A program made the position numbers and the translations under genes. The notes under the pieces are model-generated. The model had not been told where the DNA came from. It did not search any database and was given only the letters and a program-made list of their open reading frames with translations. DNA of 64,000 nucleotides. Origin: a virus. Lineage: Duplodnaviria > Caudoviricetes. The DNA is taken from positions 2,777 to 66,776 of IMG/VR virus record IMGVR_UViG_651324008_000005. One strand, written 5' to 3'. Positions 61,834 to 64,000 of the stretch are shown here, piece after piece (the stretch's first letter is position 1; each line of letters begins with the position of its first letter).

Positions 61834-63239
61834 TGTTCCTTCGTACCCGCTCAGCCTTGCGTGCCGGCCAACAGGCAATCAGTCGCATCGTCCGCACTGA
61901 AAAGGCGAAGCTGATCATCAGCGGCATGGGTTCGGGCAAGACCGGAGCCACGCTGGACGGATTAACCTATCTGCTGAATCGCTTCGACGTGGAGCACGTC
62001 CTCGTGATAGCGCCGCGCTATGTTGCCTTGAACACATGGCACGACGAGGTGAAGGCGTGGGCACACACACAGGCGATTTCCTGTGCAGTCGCCGTGGGCG
62101 ACGCCTCCGAGCGTGCCGCCGCTATCGCGCAGCGCGCCGAGATTACCACCATCAATCCCGAGAACCTTCCATGGCTGGCGAAGCATATCCGCACGGTTGA
62201 GAACTGGATTTGGGATACAGTCATCATCGACGAGTCCAGCCGCTTCAAGGCGGGTGAGGCCCGCACAAAAGCGACCAAGACGAAGCGCGCCGACGGAACT
62301 GTCCGTGCTTCGAAAGGTGGCAACATGACCCGGTTTGGTATCATAACGACGGCGCGCAGGAAGATCGAGCGCATATTCCTGTTGACCGGTACGCCAGCGC
62401 CGCAAGGTGTCATCGACCTGTGGGCGCAGTCATATCTTCTGGACCAGGGGAAGGCCCTCGGCCGCAGCAAGTCGGATTTCGAGAAAGAGTATTTTGACCG
62501 GGATCGCTACACGCATGCCGTGACGATAAAGCCGGGGGCGGAAGCAAAAATCCTGTCGAAGATTGAGCATCTCATCGTCACGATCCCGCAGGAGAAAGTG
62601 GCCGATGAACCTCAGTTCATTCCGATGCCGGTCGATCTGCCAGCGAAAGCATTCGAGGAATACAAAGACTTCGAGCGCACGCTTTACACCGAGCCTTACG
62701 ACGTGGAGGCGGTTTCGAGTGGCGTCCTTGCGAACAAGCTCTTGCAATTTGCGAATGGCAGTCTTTACCGGGAAGATCGAAGCGTTGTTGAAATTCATGA
62801 CGCCAAGCTGGCGGCATTGGAAGAACTCGTCGACACCGCACACGGCGAAAACCTGCTCATTTTCTACAGCTTCAAATTCGACAAGGATAAAATCAAGACC
62901 CGGTATCCCGATGCTGTGGTCGCAAACGATTATAAGGGTGATCTTGTCGGCGACTGGAACAAGGGAAAGATCAGAAAGCTGCTGGCACACCCGGCATCGA
63001 TCGGACATGGCACCAATCTTCAATACGGCGGACATATTGCCGCCTGGTATGGTCTGACGTTCTCCCTCGAGCTTTGGCAACAGGCGAACATGCGGCTACC
63101 ACGACCAGGACAGACGAATCAGGTCTTGATTTACCCTATAATTGCTCGCGGAACTTACGATGAAAGGGCGCTCTCAGTCCTCAATCGTAAGGAGGCGACG
63201 CAGGATCACATCATTCGAACCTTTGCAATGAAACCTTGA
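61833..63239 (+). CDS. SNF2-family helicase
   Basis: GMGSGKT, IIDESSRFK, LLTGTPAPQ, GHGTNLQ and QANMRLPRPGQ. Confidence 0.92.
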   Translation: MFLRTRSALRAGQQAISRIVRTEKAKLIISGMGSGKTGATLDGLTYLLNRFDVEHVLVIAPRYVALNTWHDEVKAWAHTQAISCAVAVGDASERAAAIAQRAEITTINPENLPWLAKHIRTVENWIWDTVIIDESSRFKAGEARTKATKTKRADGTVRASKGGNMTRFGIITTARRKIERIFLLTGTPAPQGVIDLWAQSYLLDQGKALGRSKSDFEKEYFDRDRYTHAVTIKPGAEAKILSKIEHLIVTIPQEKVADEPQFIPMPVDLPAKAFEEYKDFERTLYTEPYDVEAVSSGVLANKLLQFANGSLYREDRSVVEIHDAKLAALEELVDTAHGENLLIFYSFKFDKDKIKTRYPDAVVANDYKGDLVGDWNKGKIRKLLAHPASIGHGTNLQYGGHIAAWYGLTFSLELWQQANMRLPRPGQTNQVLIYPIIARGTYDERALSVLNRKEATQDHIIRTFAMKP

Positions 63240-63257
63240 CTTTCACATTAGATGTGA
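63236..63257 (+). promoter_or_regulatory. TTGACT -35-like hexamer overlapped by an operator-like site, upstream of the regulator
   Basis: TTGACT at 63236-41; TTTCAC-attagat-GTGA at 63241-57. Confidence 0.65.
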
Positions 63258-63319
63258 CATTTCATGACGGTGAATCGGGCCCCTTGGGGTCTTGATATTC
63301 CGTTTTGAAAGGATTCATC

Positions 63320-64000
63320 GTGAGCGTTCCCTTCCGGACACCTGAGAAACAGGTGCATCCTGAGTTTGCCCGACGCCTGCTGCAGGCTGCCGACAGCAAT
63401 CCCCAGGTGCCGGCGCCAAATGAAGGTCGGCTCCGCTGGTTTGTTGAACAGCTTGATCGCCGCGGCTACAAAACTTCGCTGGAGACCGTGCGAAAATGGC
63501 TTTCGGGCATGACAGTGCCACGGCAGAAGATGTACGTACCCCTCGCTGAGATCCTCAAGGTTGACGCCGGCTGGCTTGCTGCCGGCACACCAGCGAAGGC
63601 GACCGGTGCGCAACAGCGTGCAAACATCATGTCTGAGCAGGGTGCCGCTAACGTAGTTGCTGGCTTTATACAGATGGACGGTGGGCAGGTCGCGGTTCCT
63701 CAACCCGACGACCGTGCAGCGCACGATAAGTCTGTCGACATGCATGCAATCATCCGCGGTGCAAAATACGACCTCACGATAACGACTCTCGTTCAGGGTC
63801 AGTTTAGAATCCCCGTCAACGCATCTGAGAACATCATTCTTGCCGTCGCACGCGACCCAGACTCAAGCTTCGGCGTAAAGGTGCTGGAGATCGAGTGGGA
63901 TCGAGCACTGGAAGCCGGAAAACTCGAAAACGGAGCAATCGTTTTGAGCGATGATCTTTCCCCTTGGAAGGAAATCAAGTCGTTCACGGAGAGGCTGTGA
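63320..64000 (+). CDS. XRE-family HTH transcriptional regulator (repressor candidate)
   Basis: SLETVRKWLSGMTVPRQKMYVPLAEILKVDAGWLAAG; AAAGGA RBS before GTG 63320; no S24 autocleavage motifs recognised. Confidence 0.8.
   Translation: MSVPFRTPEKQVHPEFARRLLQAADSNPQVPAPNEGRLRWFVEQLDRRGYKTSLETVRKWLSGMTVPRQKMYVPLAEILKVDAGWLAAGTPAKATGAQQRANIMSEQGAANVVAGFIQMDGGQVAVPQPDDRAAHDKSVDMHAIIRGAKYDLTITTLVQGQFRIPVNASENIILAVARDPDSSFGVKVLEIEWDRALEAGKLENGAIVLSDDLSPWKEIKSFTERL

Noticed and set aside
1-64000. tRNA, tmRNA or rRNA genes
   Set aside because: No cloverleaf with T-loop GTTCRA and CCA pattern was recognised in the intergenic gaps by eye; a tRNAscan-SE or ARAGORN run would settle it.

Overview
The whole window is one tailed dsDNA phage genome or prophage: a siphovirus with lambda-like head genes and a Chi/BcepNazgul-like layout. 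The host is probably alphaproteobacterial (Rhizobium/Agrobacterium-like), inferred from a GapR/DUF2312 gene, GTA-like tail-tip genes and a GH19 endolysin with C-terminal transmembrane segments. The window looks circularly permuted, with a lambda-like cos candidate near 53.2 kb. From left to right: (1) the 5' part of a DNA polymerase on the - strand, missed by the ORF track because it runs off the edge; (2) AlpA, terS, an inserted PAPS-reductase-like gene, terL and the head, tail and lysis genes (1-28.5 kb, +); (3) two morons (PIN-domain protein, large helical protein); (4) a leftward accessory block (32-44 kb) with an amino-MTase, GapR, three nucleotide hydrolases, ParB-like, TAXI-like and DnaA-CTD proteins; (5) a rightward moron with a PemK-like TA pair and two exported proteins; (6) an 8-bp VNTR; (7) a leftward block with a HerA-like ATPase, a minimal MTase and DUF3560; (8) the cos candidate and an iteron-rich non-coding region; (9) a replication module (primase-VirE, DUF2800, SSB, C5-MTase, exonuclease, SNF2 helicase) and an XRE regulator. 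No integrase, tRNA, CRISPR array or reverse transcriptase was seen. The strongest unexplained signals are: (a) a short peptide motif, VDLSDL / D-D-L-L-V, shared by a dozen unrelated proteins and written with different synonymous codons; (b) a C5-methyltransferase whose motif IX and six tandem W-x-T repeat modules sit in a second, fully overlapping frame with its own Shine-Dalgarno; (c) a genome-wide TTTCAM-N7-GWG operator-like motif; (d) a structured RNA upstream of a candidate nucleotide-sponge gene. All family assignments come from motif recognition by eye, not from database searches.
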